Of a stretch of 64,000 nt of DNA, positions 48,681-61,899 are shown piece by piece (within the stretch, counting starts at the first letter, position 1; each line of letters starts with the position of its first letter). The stretch comes from Eledone cirrhosa (taxonomy: Eukaryota), in NCBI GenBank assembly GCA_964016885.1, contig OZ024743.1:88412001-88476000 (forward strand), given 5' to 3'. The translations under genes and the position numbers were made by a program. A model generated the notes under the pieces. It was not told the DNA's origin. It searched no databases and saw only the letters and a list, made by a program, of their open reading frames with translations.

Positions 48681-51317
48681 AAATCCTCCCTCCCAATGGG
48701 ATCCAGTTCATAGCAGGTTTTTACAGCTGGAGTCTTGTGAGTATCCACCACCGCCTGTGCAGTCTTTTTCGCCATGTTATATTTTTCTTTACATGTTATA
48801 CACAAATTTATCATTTTGGCATCCATGGCATCGCTGAAACAATTGTAAAACATTAAATGAGTTAAGAACTTCATTCGATCTTTTTCTTTATTTAGATATG
48901 CTCTGTGTTTACGTCTATCTTTCTGTATCTTTTGCTACATAAACACATTGAGCTTTCTATTAAAAAAAAAACTATTTGGCTATTATATATTCTCTTATAT
49001 AGCTTTCTACATACAAATAGTTATATTTTTGCCCTTGTCACACACGCGCGCGCGTACAGACAGGCAGACAGACAGATAGATAGATGATAGATAGATATGT
49101 ATGTATGTGTCCAATCATTAGCCATTGATCAGATGTTATTCCTTTTAAGATGAGAAAATACTCAGCCGACATATATTCAAACACCCATTGCTATAGAACA
49201 CTGTCTAAATTACAAATAGCACGTAAAAGATAACGTAGCTAATTGTGTTAGCTGAATATATTCAGTGAACCTTCATCGAATGATTTCACTTGCATTTAAT
49301 AGTCTCCAGCTGACTGCAAGACTAGCTTCCATTAGTGTGAAGAACACAAAGCTTAACAACACACAACACTTATTCATCTCCCAACTCACTCTTATATTTC
49401 ATTATTCACATTCAAATGCAATTTATTTATATTTGTCTCCTGCTAACACTCGCTAGCAAATATTTCGTGTACAGACAGTGTATATCAGCAAAAATGTTGT
49501 TAGATGTGTTAAGGGGCTTCTGGAGATAGTTTGCCAACACTGATCCCTAAAATACCACCACATTCTACTCCTCTTACCCTGCCTCTGTCGACCTTAATTC
49601 CCAATTTTAGAAGGGTTCAAATATTCTCAATTTGTTGCCGTTTCATGGCTCACATCTCACCTTTCCCATACATCACCATCCATACCACTCACACACACGA
49701 TAGCGAATGATTAAGGATGTAAAGCAGGCAATGCACACATAAAATACACATTTGAAAAGCGCGCATTATAATCACTTTGGGACGAAGCCTTTTCGATAAT
49801 AACATTATACATGATTATAATAACAGGCTTACTGTATATATTGCTTTAAGGATTTATATCCACACTCGTAAATCACGCGCCCGAGAGTAATTTACTTACT
49901 TACACACACATACATTCCGTATTTTCATTTCACAAGTAAAAGTACACGCACATACATTTCTATGCACTCACAGAAGTTGTTGCGATCTTCCTGCTTATGT
50001 CTTGCTGTGTGTGTGTGTCTGCGTGTATATAAATAAACAAACAATATATACATTTTTCTCCAGTCCCGCTAAGTGTATTTCAGTCGTTACATCAGCCAGC
50101 AGCTCTTATTACATAGCGCTTCCTACTTTCTTTCCCCACTTACTAATATCACTGCTGACCTCGCACATAAAAGATGTGTTCCGATTTCCTTTGTAATCTT
50201 TTCGTATTATCGAACAAAATATCTAAATGAGCTACTTTTTGCACAGACATATACTATATGTACACAGCTCCTATCAAGCATTTGTTGTATATTATATTTG
50301 GTTATATATGAAAGAGGTTAGCTCCCTTGCCGATGTCACTTAACTTCCTTTGTTTTCACCAAAAGAAATAGGCCGGCACAAATTAATTGGCAATGATTTT
50401 TCAGCTAAGCAATTTAATACATAGAGGAATTTTTTAAAATTATTATTATATTTTTATCTAGTATAGCATGAAAATAATTGAATTCAACATAAGATATAGT
50501 GGATTTTTATTGCTTTTCTTTTATTCTATGTAACAAAGAAATAAAATATAAAAATCTGTTTTTGGTCTTAATTCAAGATGGCGAATCCCATTTATTTTTT
50601 ACTGCGAATCCAAGATATTTAATAGCACAGAGAAACAAGTAAAATATTGCCTCCTCCGCATTCTCTACAGTTCTCCAACATCTCTCATCCAAGCAGAATT
50701 TAATTTAATGAAAACACTATAAAATATTAAACTGAACAAAAAATACATTTTTATCAAACTTGCCGGCCATGACTTATGTTTCTCGAATGTTGACCGGGCG
50801 ATATAGTTTCCAGACTCTTGTTTATTTGTACTACAGCAGTTGTTTTCATAAGAGTAACAAAAATTGGCAGCATCTGCTTCACTCTCAGATGTAACAGCCT
50901 CCCTCTCATTATAGCAACTGCAATGAAGATGACGTTGAATCTACATATTATCTTTAATAATAATGATAATGGTTTCTGATTTAGGCACAAGGCCGGCAAT
51001 TTTGGGAGAAGGGATAACAATAATAATAATTTAGCCGTTACAGCTTGCCAAATAGTGCCCCAGACACAGAGTTCTCTTCCAGCAAAGACATCAATCTACG
51101 AGGAGTCCACAATAACACGTGCCTGGTAGAGAAATTTTCCTAGTGCCAACCCATGGTCTGTCGTGACCAAGGGAAGTCTCACACACACACGTCATATATA
51201 TATTCTTTGGTACAGTGTATGCATGTATTTGTAGACCCGTAACTTCTGATGGAGTCGTTGGGGCACCGTAATGAATCACATGTCTTGGGTATTTTTAACC
51301 TGGCAGTATTATTAAAA

Positions 51318-52019
51318 GGGCAGTGGGGTGTCAGGGAGGGGCATGTACCTCTGTAGGGAGGGCTAGCCATGCCATTTTCAGGACCGCTCGTCCTGCATTG
51401 GGTCCCACCTGATACTCAGCTCTCACCTGTAGAGAGAAGCTGTAGCATGTGATAGCGGCCACACCCCGGTAAACCGCCTTGGCTGGCAGGCCGAACCTGG
51501 TTGAGGGTAGCCGGACGGGTCTGAAACCCCCCGGTGAGTTAGATAGGGGATGCCTGCCCCTGCATGCGAAGACTGGACCCGGTGGAGTGAGTGGGGGAGG
51601 ACAACATCGTCCCAACGGTCACGAAGGCGGCGACAGCAAGTGGTATGGAACACTAGGGCATGGCAAGGCACTAGAGACGTCGTGGCCATCTACTGCAGCC
51701 AAGGAAGTCCCTGGTCGTGACGGTCCTCCGCACCACCGGATTCTGGCTCCTGCGGCCGAGTGATTGGGTCCGTCAATATGCACTGGCCTTCCCACTATAA
51801 ACCTTTCCCCGCACAAGTTTCTTCTTTAGCGTGCACTCCCAAAGCCCTGATGGAGGTAACCTCTGGGAGTTGCCAGTCTGACTCCGGTCTCTTCCCCTGC
51901 CCCTACTGTCCCCAGACCTGCAAGTCAAGGATCGGCCTCCACAGCCACCTTCGTGCCCACGGCAGACGGGAACAACAATAAAGAAGATGTCATCGTTTAC
52001 GATGGACAACCAAGAAGGA
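51318..52019 (+). mobile_element. Internally deleted (bipartite) non-autonomous RTE element; 5' boundary approximate
   Basis: A ~570 bp GC-rich non-coding region resembling RTE 5' UTRs, joined to a C-terminal C2H2 finger FPCPYCPQTCKSRIGLHSHLRAH* (51892-51981) and an RTE-type terminus GTCATCGTTTACGATGGACAACCAAGAAG. No EN or RT sequence. Confidence 0.75.
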
Positions 52020-52310
52020 TTGGTAGTATCGGTAGAGGGCTGGATGCCATGCATTGCAGCAGAGTTATAGCTCTTTACAGTCTGAGTTCAAATCCCACCG
52101 AGATTAACTTTGCCTTTCATCCTTACAGGGGTTGATAAAATAAAGTACCAGCCAATATCTTCCGGAGAAGGAGAGGACGAATTGACTCCTGTACTGGACT
52201 GGTACTTTTTAAAAATATATTTCAAAAGGATGATAAGCCAAGTAGACTTAAATGGGATTTGAACTTAGAGTGCAGAGAGCCAGACTGAATACTCCTAAAG
52301 CATTCTTTCA
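52018..52310. mobile_element. Two S1 SINEs (~52018-52155 +, ~52180-52310 -)
   Basis: TGGTAGTATCGGTAGAG…GAGTTCAAATCCC…TTTGCCTTTCATCCTTAC. Confidence 0.75.
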
Positions 52311-52460
52311 AATGTGTAACCTATACAGAAAGGTATAAACTTCTTGAAAGATCATTGAGCAAGGAGCCACAAAGTCATGGAATGTAGTTGTCCAGTTGAA
52401 TTTATTGGTAACATGTCCTGAGTTTAGCTGGTAGCATTTGTTCTGGCTCTTTATATTCTG

Positions 52461-52660
52461 AGTGACCAGAAACTATGGTCATCTCTATGCTGTTTCTCTT
52501 CACAGTGACCAGAAGTTGTGGTCATCTGTATATTGTGTGTCCCTTCATACTCACCAGAGGCTATGGTCATCTTCACTCTGTCACAGATGCTGTGGTTATC
52601 TGTACTGTCTCGGAAGCTGTGGTCATCTGTTCTGTGTGTCTCTTCACACTGACCAGAAAT
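52461..52660. repeat. Degenerate minisatellite
   Basis: Repeats of TCTTCACASTGACCAGAAGCTRTGGTCATCT. Confidence 0.65.
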
Positions 52661-53694
52661 AAATTAAATATATAGGTCCTAGATATGTGAGAAGACCTGT
52701 TATCTTGAGTTTTATATCACTATTACTGGTAAGCAATGTTCCCTCTTAACTGCACAGCTGTGCACTTGCTGCATCGGTGTCATACACAACAAAATGTTGC
52801 AGCTCAGAGACTTTGAATTGAAAATATTTTTGTTCAAAGCATCAAACATTCAGCTCAGTGGTTGGGGAAAATTCGAGAGAATGATGCCTGTAAGGTAGTA
52901 AATATAACAATTGATGCACTTATGAGTCATTGACCACAGCAAGTTCTAGTAAATGACCCATGGTCAGTTCTTCATTTAATGGCTGGATGGACGTATGGAC
53001 AGATAATATAGTAGGTTACATTGTTAACAGTAGTAGCTAGCTATTTGGTTTCATCTGATAACTCATGTACACACTATCTCTACACTTGTACATGGTATAC
53101 ACCTCTCTCACACTCTCTCTTTCTCACACAAGCACACACACATCCAACAGCCATTCTCCCTCTCTCCCTACACATGCACACACACACATACATCCAACAC
53201 CCCTTCTCTCTCCACACATACTCCCATCACTTCTTGTCCCCCTTCTCTCTCTCACTTTCCACTCATCCACTTCCAACACCTCATCACACTCTCCCCATAT
53301 ATACACTTCTAACCCGCCCCCTCTCCTTTCCAACCCCTCCCCTCACACACTGTTGAAATATGTGTAATATTGAAGTTGAACAAAAATTAAGTGAATGTGT
53401 GAACACCACCTAAAAAATATATGAGAGAAGTAGAAAATTAAATTTCTTTAAAATACATATTGAGAATCTTTCAATTCTTTGTGATATTTCATATATTTAT
53501 ATATATTTAAGGGGTATTTTATATTTTCCTCCTTGACACTTTCCAGCAAAGTTATATTGGTTAATAAATGGATTCCTGTGATTCTAGATGGTTCTGACTG
53601 TATTAGCCCTATTGTATGGCTGTTAGCTTTGCATATAAACTAATGCAATCTGGTATTTCACCAATGCATAACCTCTCACCATTTTATTATTCTC

Positions 53695-54172
53695 TGCCAC
53701 CACACCACCACTGCCCCAAACCTGCTATAGCCTGTCACCACCACTACCACCATCATCACCATTGCCACTAGCCCTACCACCACCATCACCACTGCCAACA
53801 CTGTCACTAGTCCTGCTATAGCCTATCACCATCATCACAACCAGCCCTACTATAACCTACCAACACCACCACCACCACCACCATCAGTCCTACTATTACC
53901 ACCACCACTGCCACCAGACCTGCTATAGCCTATCACCACCACTATCACCATCATCACAACCAGCCCTACTATAACCTACCAACACCACCACCACCATCAG
54001 TCCTACTATTACCACCACCACTGCCACCAGACCTGCTATAGCCTATCACCACCACTATCACCATCATCACAACCAGCCCTACTATAACCTACCAACACCA
54101 CCACCACCAGTCCTACTATTACCATCACCACTGCCACCAGACCTTCTATAGCCTATCACTACCACTACCAAC
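53695..54172. repeat. (ACC)n-derived higher-order tandem repeat, ~110-113 bp unit
   Basis: CAGTCCTACTATTACC… recurs at ~53885, ~53998 and ~54108. Confidence 0.8.
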
Positions 54173-54504
54173 ACCCTTTATAGATTTTTGGTCCTGATGT
54201 GTGTGAGTGTATGTGTTATAACAGTTACTGCTGTCAGAAAGTAAAACAGGAGTAAATGAGACCTGTGAGCATGAATGTGTGTGTATGTGTATATATGAGT
54301 GTGTCTTTGTATGTGTGTGTGTGTGTAAAAAACAAGGCCACCACTGACAATACAACAGTTAATAGTTACATTGTCAGTAAGAAGACTTAGGGGCAATGAA
54401 AAAGCTTGTTTTTCTTTCTCACATTCTAACTCACCTCTCGCTGTCACCACTAACCCCTTCTCTGTTTTTGTTGTGGGAAGATGAAGAGGAACCACTAAGT
54501 AAGG

Positions 54505-54690
54505 ATTTCTACTATAGACACAAGGCCAGCAATTTGGGGGAGGGGAAAGTCGATTAAATCGAACTCAGTGCATTACTGGTGCTTTATTTTATCGACCGGG
54601 TAAGGATGAAAGGCAAAGCTAACCTTGGCGGGATTTGAACTCAGAACGCAAAGGGACGTAACTCTATGCTACAAAGCATGGTGTCTGATG
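54505..54690 (-). mobile_element. S1 SINE (further copies at ~18133-18232, ~31225-31332, ~35460-35590, ~55555-55760, ~58975-59175, ~60600-60750)
   Basis: Shared S1 core and 3' part CACAAGGCCAGCAATTT. Confidence 0.75.
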
Positions 54691-54869
54691 CTGGTACAAT
54701 GGTGTTAAAATCTCAATCTTAATAGGCAGATTGAGAAATATAATTCTAGTTTGAAATACACTTCTATACCATAACCAATACATCAAGATAACTATTTGTA
54801 GCCTATACCATTGTTACCCTAATGATATATACCCAGACAATGAGGGAAAATGCTCTCTGGCATGCAGAA

Positions 54870-55060
54870 CCCCAAGTGTAAGCGACCTAATGGTTCCAGC
54901 AGATAGAATGGAGAAAGTGTTACTCTGGAGAATAGCGATCAAGACATGTTGAAATAGCCATTCCAGTTTGCAGGGCTTTCTCATGCAGGTGGCCAACACT
55001 GCTCTGATAGCTGTGAGTAGGGAGGTGGTTCAGAGACCAAGAATGCCAGAAGTCTTTGCC
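54870..55060 (-). mobile_element. CRE-like 3' fragment
   Basis: ORF 54814-54999 reads LATCMRKPCKLEWLFQHVLIAILQSNTFSIL. Confidence 0.6.
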
Positions 55061-56629
55061 ACTATTTGTTCAGCAACAAAGCTAGTGGAAAGCAGTCAAT
55101 ATTATTAAAATAATTCAAGACACCCATTATGATTATCAGTGTCATCTCAGTGACCATTTCCACTCTGATGACAAGGGTTTGATCAGTTGTCCTTAACCCT
55201 TTAGCCATATCTGGCCAAATTCTTTCACCTCTTCCTGTTCAAACCGGCCCTAACTGGTCTCTCATACCAACTTTAACCCTTTAGCATTTAAACTGGCCGT
55301 ATCTGGTCAGAACTCCCTCACCTGTTCAAACCAGCCATAATTGGCCACTCGTACTGATGTTAAAGTATTGTTCTCAAAATAAACAATATCAAAATCTCAG
55401 ATACGATATTATGTGAGGTAAAGCCTTTAGCGCAAAAATACAATAGTAATTATATAGCAATGTTAATACAGCATGTCTATATATCTGAATCAGATGTGTT
55501 GACACAGTGTAGCTGAATGGTTAACCCTTTTGTTACCATATTCCTAATGAAAAGGGTGGGGGATTGGCAGAACTGATAGAGCGTTAGATAAACTACCATT
55601 CAGGTTTTGTTTTTGCTCTTTATGTTATGAGTTCAATTCCTGCCAAGGTCAGCTTTGCTTTTCAGTTTTATGGGATTGATAAAATAAAGTTCAGTACTGA
55701 GGAGGATTTAATCAACTTTTCACTTCCCACAAATTTGCTGGCCTTGTGCCTAAATTAAATATATATATATTTCTAATGACTCAGTAATTTTGAGAGATTT
55801 AGTTGTAGTCTCTTGTTTATTTCCTGATGTGCATAGGTAATTGAACAAGGAACAGTAATTTATAATTTTCTATTTCAACACAATGAATCACAATAAACTG
55901 TAGAACTGTTGAACTGAAGTGAGTATATAATAATAATAATAACACTGAACGTATTTCTGTGGGGACAGAAAGAATTATGTACTCCTCAAACCGTCAGACT
56001 GTACTTTGAACCTGTTGGATAGAACTATGTACTTCCGTTTAACTGAAGCATAATATGTAAGCAAAAAACATGAGCACACTTGAAATACGTGATTGTGATA
56101 TGATTGGCTGTCGTTAAATAATTAAACAATTACACAGCACATATTAGATAACACTCAATACAACTTCAATACACAACATTAGAATTATAACTAAATTTCT
56201 CATTATTAAGTTGGTGTTTGAAGCAAAGATTATTACATAAAATTATGATGGCAGTGTTTTCGATAAAAATAAACACTTTAAAATATACAGCTTAAAAATA
56301 TACACTTAAAAATATAACACTTTAAAATATACAGGGTCATATAACCAAGGACGGTTTCAGGCAGGTTGGTATCAAAGGGAGTTAAGAAGTTCACTTTGCA
56401 CAATCCCACCGTGTGACATATTAGGCAAGTGTTATTTATTGAGTCAATCCAAGTCTTATGAGTGAAATCAGACTGTACCTGCAATTCAGATGGCCAGCTA
56501 TGTCACATATTGTGTCATGCTGAATCTCCCTGAGAATTACATTAAAGGTACACATATCTGTAGAGTACTTAGCCACTTGCATGTTAATTTCATAAGCAGG
56601 TTGACCTGTTGGTTAAACAATTGAAAAAC

Positions 56630-57690
56630 TCATCATCAAAACCAACAGAGGTCCATTCATTCTACAGATAGTGTGGGATGTGATGAGATAGACAAACTGG
56701 TCAACAGACATTTTGAAACCAATGGAGGTTCATTTCATCCAACTGAAAGTGTGAGAACATGGTGATATACACCCACAGGTAAACAGACAGACATTGATAA
56801 AACTAACAGAGGTCCATTACGTTTTTCTGAGAGTGTGGGATATAGTGAGATAGACCCACTGGTCAACAGATACACAGACACTCATCATATTCTACTGATA
56901 GTGTGTGATATAGTGAGATAGACCCACTGGTCAACAGATACACAGACACTCATCATATTCTACTGATAGTGTGGGATATAGTGAGATAGACCCACTGGTC
57001 AACAGATACACAAACACTCATCATATTCTACTGATAGTGTGGGATATAGTGAGATAGACCCACTGGTCAACAGATACACAAACACTCATCATATTCTACT
57101 GATAGTGTGGGATATAGTGAGATAGACCCACTGGTCAACAGATACACAGACACTCATCATATTCTACTGATAGTGTGGGATATAGTGAGATAGACCCACT
57201 GGTCAACAGATACACAAACACTCATCATATTCTACTGATAGTGTGTGATATAGTGAGATAGACCCACTGGTCAACAGATACACAGACACTCATCATATTC
57301 TACTGATAGTGTGGGATATAGTGAGATAGACCCACTGGTCAACAGATACACAAACATTCATCATATTCTACTGATAGTGTGGGATATAGTGAGATAGACC
57401 CACTGGTCAACAGATACACAGACACTCATCATATTCTACTGATAGTGTGGGATATAGTCAGATAGACCCACTGGTCAAGAGACAGGCATCATTGAAACCA
57501 ATGGAGGTCCATTCCATTCTACTGAGAGTGTGTGATGTTATGAGATAGACAGATGGTCAACAGACACACAGACACTCATCATCAAAATCAATGGAAGTCC
57601 ATTTCATTCTACTGATAGAATGGGATATAGTGAGATAGACTCATTGGTCAACACAGATCATTGAAGCCAACAAAGGCCCATTTCATTCAA
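56630..57690. repeat. Minisatellite: homogeneous 68 bp core (~9.5 copies, 56829-57477) with diverged longer units at the edges
   Basis: Unit GATAGTGTGGGATATAGTGAGATAGACCCACTGGTCAACAGATACACARACACTCATCATATTCTACT, with no unique spacers. Confidence 0.95.
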
Positions 57691-59979
57691 TACCTATTTC
57701 ATCTCATTTAAAGGTTTCAATATTTTCTGGGCTGACTCAATTATACCACAATTCCTGTCTGCTTTGTTTACTTCAGCCTTCCATCAACTATATTTGTACA
57801 TTTTTACTAACTCCTGAGAGTGTTTAAACATGCCTTCCAGAGGGTCCTATTGGAAGCAACCATCTCCATATGATCCAGCTGTATTCCCAACTGAGGCCAG
57901 CCTAGGTTGTGGATGTTATCCAATTCAATATCCAATATGTATTACAAAATTTACAGCTCACCCCTAGGTAGATTTAACTGGCTGCCTATCATGATAAGCA
58001 ATGTTAAATGAATCATCTTGCTCAAGAACGCAATTACCCACCCAGTCAAGGAATCAAACCCATTCATTATCTATTAGTTTCTTCAAACCATCTGCATCCA
58101 GACCTAGCACACACAACAAACCAAATTTTATTTTAACCTTTTAACATTTAAACCGGCTGTATCCGGCCAGAATTCTCTCATTTCTTTCTGTTCAAACCAG
58201 CTGTAACTGGCCACTCATACTGACGTTAATGTATTGTTCACAAAATAAATAACATGAAATGGAAATACTAAAGAGTCAATGTAATACCAAAGCCAAATCA
58301 GCAAGATACAATATGTGACACTGCTGGAGCTTACATTCCATGTCCCAAGCTACTGCAACACATGTTTGAGATGGTTCTTATTTAGAATAACTGCCTTCAC
58401 AAATGAATCAGAGGGACTATGTCTCGTTTGTGCATTCCAAATTTTGGTAGGATTCCTATGGCTGGATGCCTTCCCTAACAGCAACCACTAAGCAATGTAT
58501 TGAGTGCAATTTATCATATCACCAGCTTTACAGAGGTTGTTATGTCTACAACAGGACTAAAGGGTCTTCTCAACTCTATACTGTCTTCATTAATTCACCA
58601 ACCACTTTACAGAGTGTAGTGGGTGTATTTTATTGTAACACCAACTCTAGAGAAATTGTCATGTCCTCAATAAGACTAAACAGTCCTCTTGACCATAAGT
58701 TATCTCTAATTTGATTATACACCACTTTAAGAGTGTACTGGGGGCATTTTATTGAGGCACCAGTATTAGAGATATTGTCATATCCTCAACAAAACTAAAG
58801 AGTTCTTTCCACAAAAAGTTGTCTCTGATTTAATTGTCAACTACATTACAGAGTGTGTTGGATGTATTTTACCATGTAGACAATATTAGAGAGGCTGCCT
58901 TGCTCCTAACTTGTAAAAGAGTCCTCTCCACGTTTTTGCAAGTTAGAACCAATAATAAAGTAGAAACAATAATAATTGTTTCTACTTAAGGCACAAGGCC
59001 AGAAATTTGAAGGGAAAGGAAAGTCGATTAAATTGACTTCAGTACATAACTGGTGCTTTATTTTATCAACCTTGTAAGGATGAAAGACAAAACTATCCTC
59101 GGCAGGATTTGAACTTAGACTATAAAGGGCCATAAACTCTATGCTGCAAAGCATGTTGTCCGACGCTCTACCGAATAATGATAATGATGATGATAATGGT
59201 GATGATGATGGTGTAATTCATAATGTAATAACCTATACAGATATATTTTATTTTGAAATATATTTATATATCAATGTTGCCCTATATGTACAAGTGGAAA
59301 GCTGATATTAAAACGCAAATTTTTTTTCTTATACATATTACTCTTTTACCTGTTCCAGCCATCTGGATGAGGCCATGCTGGGGCAACGCTATTCTTGACA
59401 AAATATAAAAATATAGGGTTTAAAAGAACATCATATTACTGTAGTATGTGTGTATGTGTGTACATAGTTTAACAATGTTAAAATAAGGAAGAAAAACATC
59501 ACATTAAGAAAACACCTAATCTCATCTAAACCACCATTATACTGCTACTACTTCCACCACCACCACCATCAGTATTACTAGTACTACCATCACCATCACT
59601 ACCATTAGTATTAATACTACAACCACCGTCACCACTATAACTACTACTACTACTACTGCTACTACTACACAAGGTATTGTGTCTCTTTTTAATAACAATA
59701 ATAATATAAATGAGAATAAACTCAGTATGGTATTATATAGACTGACAATATAGTTGATAAGGGTGGCATGAGCTTTAAAAGGATCAGAAGCAGCCCCCTC
59801 CCCCTGTTTTATCGTCTGTTCTTTCATCTGTTTTTATGTTATGCAACGATTCCATGCAAATGCATTCCTCGTGGCAAGCCACAGCAGTGAATTGGAAATG
59901 GTAATTTTGGGATTCATTGTCTGTCATTTGAGACTGGGGTGATTTGTCATTGAGTGCTTGCATAACAGTAGCATATATA

Positions 59980-60463
59980 GATGATGATGATGGTGGTTGT
60001 GGTCATGGTTGTGGTGATGATGGTGATGGTGGTTGTGGTGATGGTGATGGTGGTTGTGTTGATGATGGTGATGGTGATGGTGGTTGTGGTGATGATGATG
60101 ATGGTGATGGTGGATGTGGGGGATGGTTGTGGTGATGATGGTGATGGTGGTGGTGGTTGTGCTGATGATGATGGTGATGGCGATGGCAGTGATGGTTGTG
60201 GTGATGGTGGTGATGATGATGTTATGGTGATGGATGTGATGATGCTTGTGGTGATGGTAATGGCAGTGGTGATGATGGTAATGGTGGTGGTGATGGTGAT
60301 GATGATGATGATGATGGTTGTGGTGATGATGATGATGGTGGTAATGGCAGTAGTGATGGTGATGATGATGGTAATGGCAGTAGTGATGGTGATGATGATG
60401 GTAATGGCAGTAGTGATGGTGATTATGATGATGACAATGGTTGTGGTGATGATGGTGATGATG
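59980..60463. repeat. (GAT/GGT)n low-complexity tract
   Basis: Degenerate trinucleotide repeats, which generate the spurious M/V- and D/G-rich ORFs. Confidence 0.9.
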
Positions 60464-61899
60464 CTATCTTTTATTCAGCAGCCAACAACCGACTGCAGGA
60501 AGACCATTGCACTATGCCTGAGATCTAATGTAGTTCTCATGCAGGAAATTATAAAAAAACAACAGACAGCAACAATAACAGCAACAACAACAACAACATT
60601 TGTTTCTACTTTTGGCACAAGGCCAGCAAATACCCCAGTACATTACATGTGCTTTATTTTATCAACCCCGTAACGATGAAAGGCAGTGTCGATATTTTAA
60701 AGCACCAGTAATGCACTGGAGTAATTGCTGGCCTTTTGCCAAAAACGCTTTCTTTATTAGCTACACAGGAGACATTAAAGACAGTACAGGATGATACAGT
60801 GTGTGTGTGTGTGTGGGGGGGGGGGGGTTTATAACATAGATTAAGAAAATAAACATTAAAAAAAAATAATATCAAATTGCCACAAAACACAACAAATAAT
60901 ATAATACAGTGATTATTATTTTATTTTTGTAATCTTTTTGATATTGTCTGGGAAAATACTTGCAGAATATTTATAGAAACTAAAGTGAGTGAACAAATAA
61001 AACAAAAACAAACAAATAAACTTAGTATTTATGTAAATATTTGTGTTAGTATACCTGGACTTTGTTTATTTATGTATTGATGTTGTTGTTGTGGTGGTTG
61101 TTGTTGAATATTTTACAGTTGTGAGAAAACATTTCATATGTGTGTGAGCAATATTTTTTTTAAAGATTTCACTGTGAAGTAAGATGAAAGCTTCACTGAG
61201 GAAGAAAAGGGAAGGAGAGCAGGTGATGGTGGTGGTGGTAGTGGTGGTGGTGGTGGAAGTGAGAAGAATAAAACACAATAACAACAGAATGGTGAATGGA
61301 TGAGGAATATGGTGCATTCTAAAGAGAAGAAATGGTGAAAGACGCACATAGAGAGAGAGAGAGAGAGAGAGAGTGTTTGTGTATGTTTGTAGTAGAGTAT
61401 TTGTGATATCACTAGTTGGAGAAGACACACAGTCACCACCACATGATAGACAAATGTAAAAATAAATTGATGGAAAAGGATACTTGGGAAATAAATGTAA
61501 TAAATTGGTTGAGATAAATCTGTTAAACAGAAAAGGAGAATTGAAGAAATTTTAAAGAGAAAAAGAAAAAAATTGAGAAAAAGATGGAAACTGAGAACTG
61601 AATGAATTCATGTCATATAGACATTAATATACAAGAGTGACAAAAATAGTGAGCTTGTCATAAAACTGAACATATTGGGTGGAGTTGTGTAGTTACAACT
61701 TAATCTTCCCAATAAATTGTTACAAAGTGTTTTAGATGATATACAAACATGTAATTTGATAATACTGAAGGTTTTATGTCAGAAATTAACTAGAAGCCAT
61801 CTTGTTTTCAAGAACAAAAATTGAGTTAGTGACAGGTATGGTTAAGAATGTTTAAGAAGATGGCTTTGTAATCATGAAATCTCAGATTTAGTCTCTCAT

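Noticed and set aside
50660-50950. Possible host exon on the minus strand (two frames open over ~200 nt)
   Set aside because: Weak acceptor, no canonical donor and no recognisable domain.
51301-52029. TGGCAGTAT / TGGTAGTAT as the TSD of the bipartite RTE
   Set aside because: The downstream copy is the A box of the adjacent SINE and the match is imperfect, so it cannot be distinguished from coincidence.
56829-57477. CRISPR-like periodic array
   Set aside because: Units are contiguous and near-identical with no unique spacers, there are no cas genes, and the context is eukaryotic.
59981-60673. 230 aa Met/Val-rich ORF (and similar Thr-, Val-, Tyr/Ile- and Leu/Ser-rich ORFs elsewhere)
   Set aside because: These are translations of microsatellite or low-complexity DNA.
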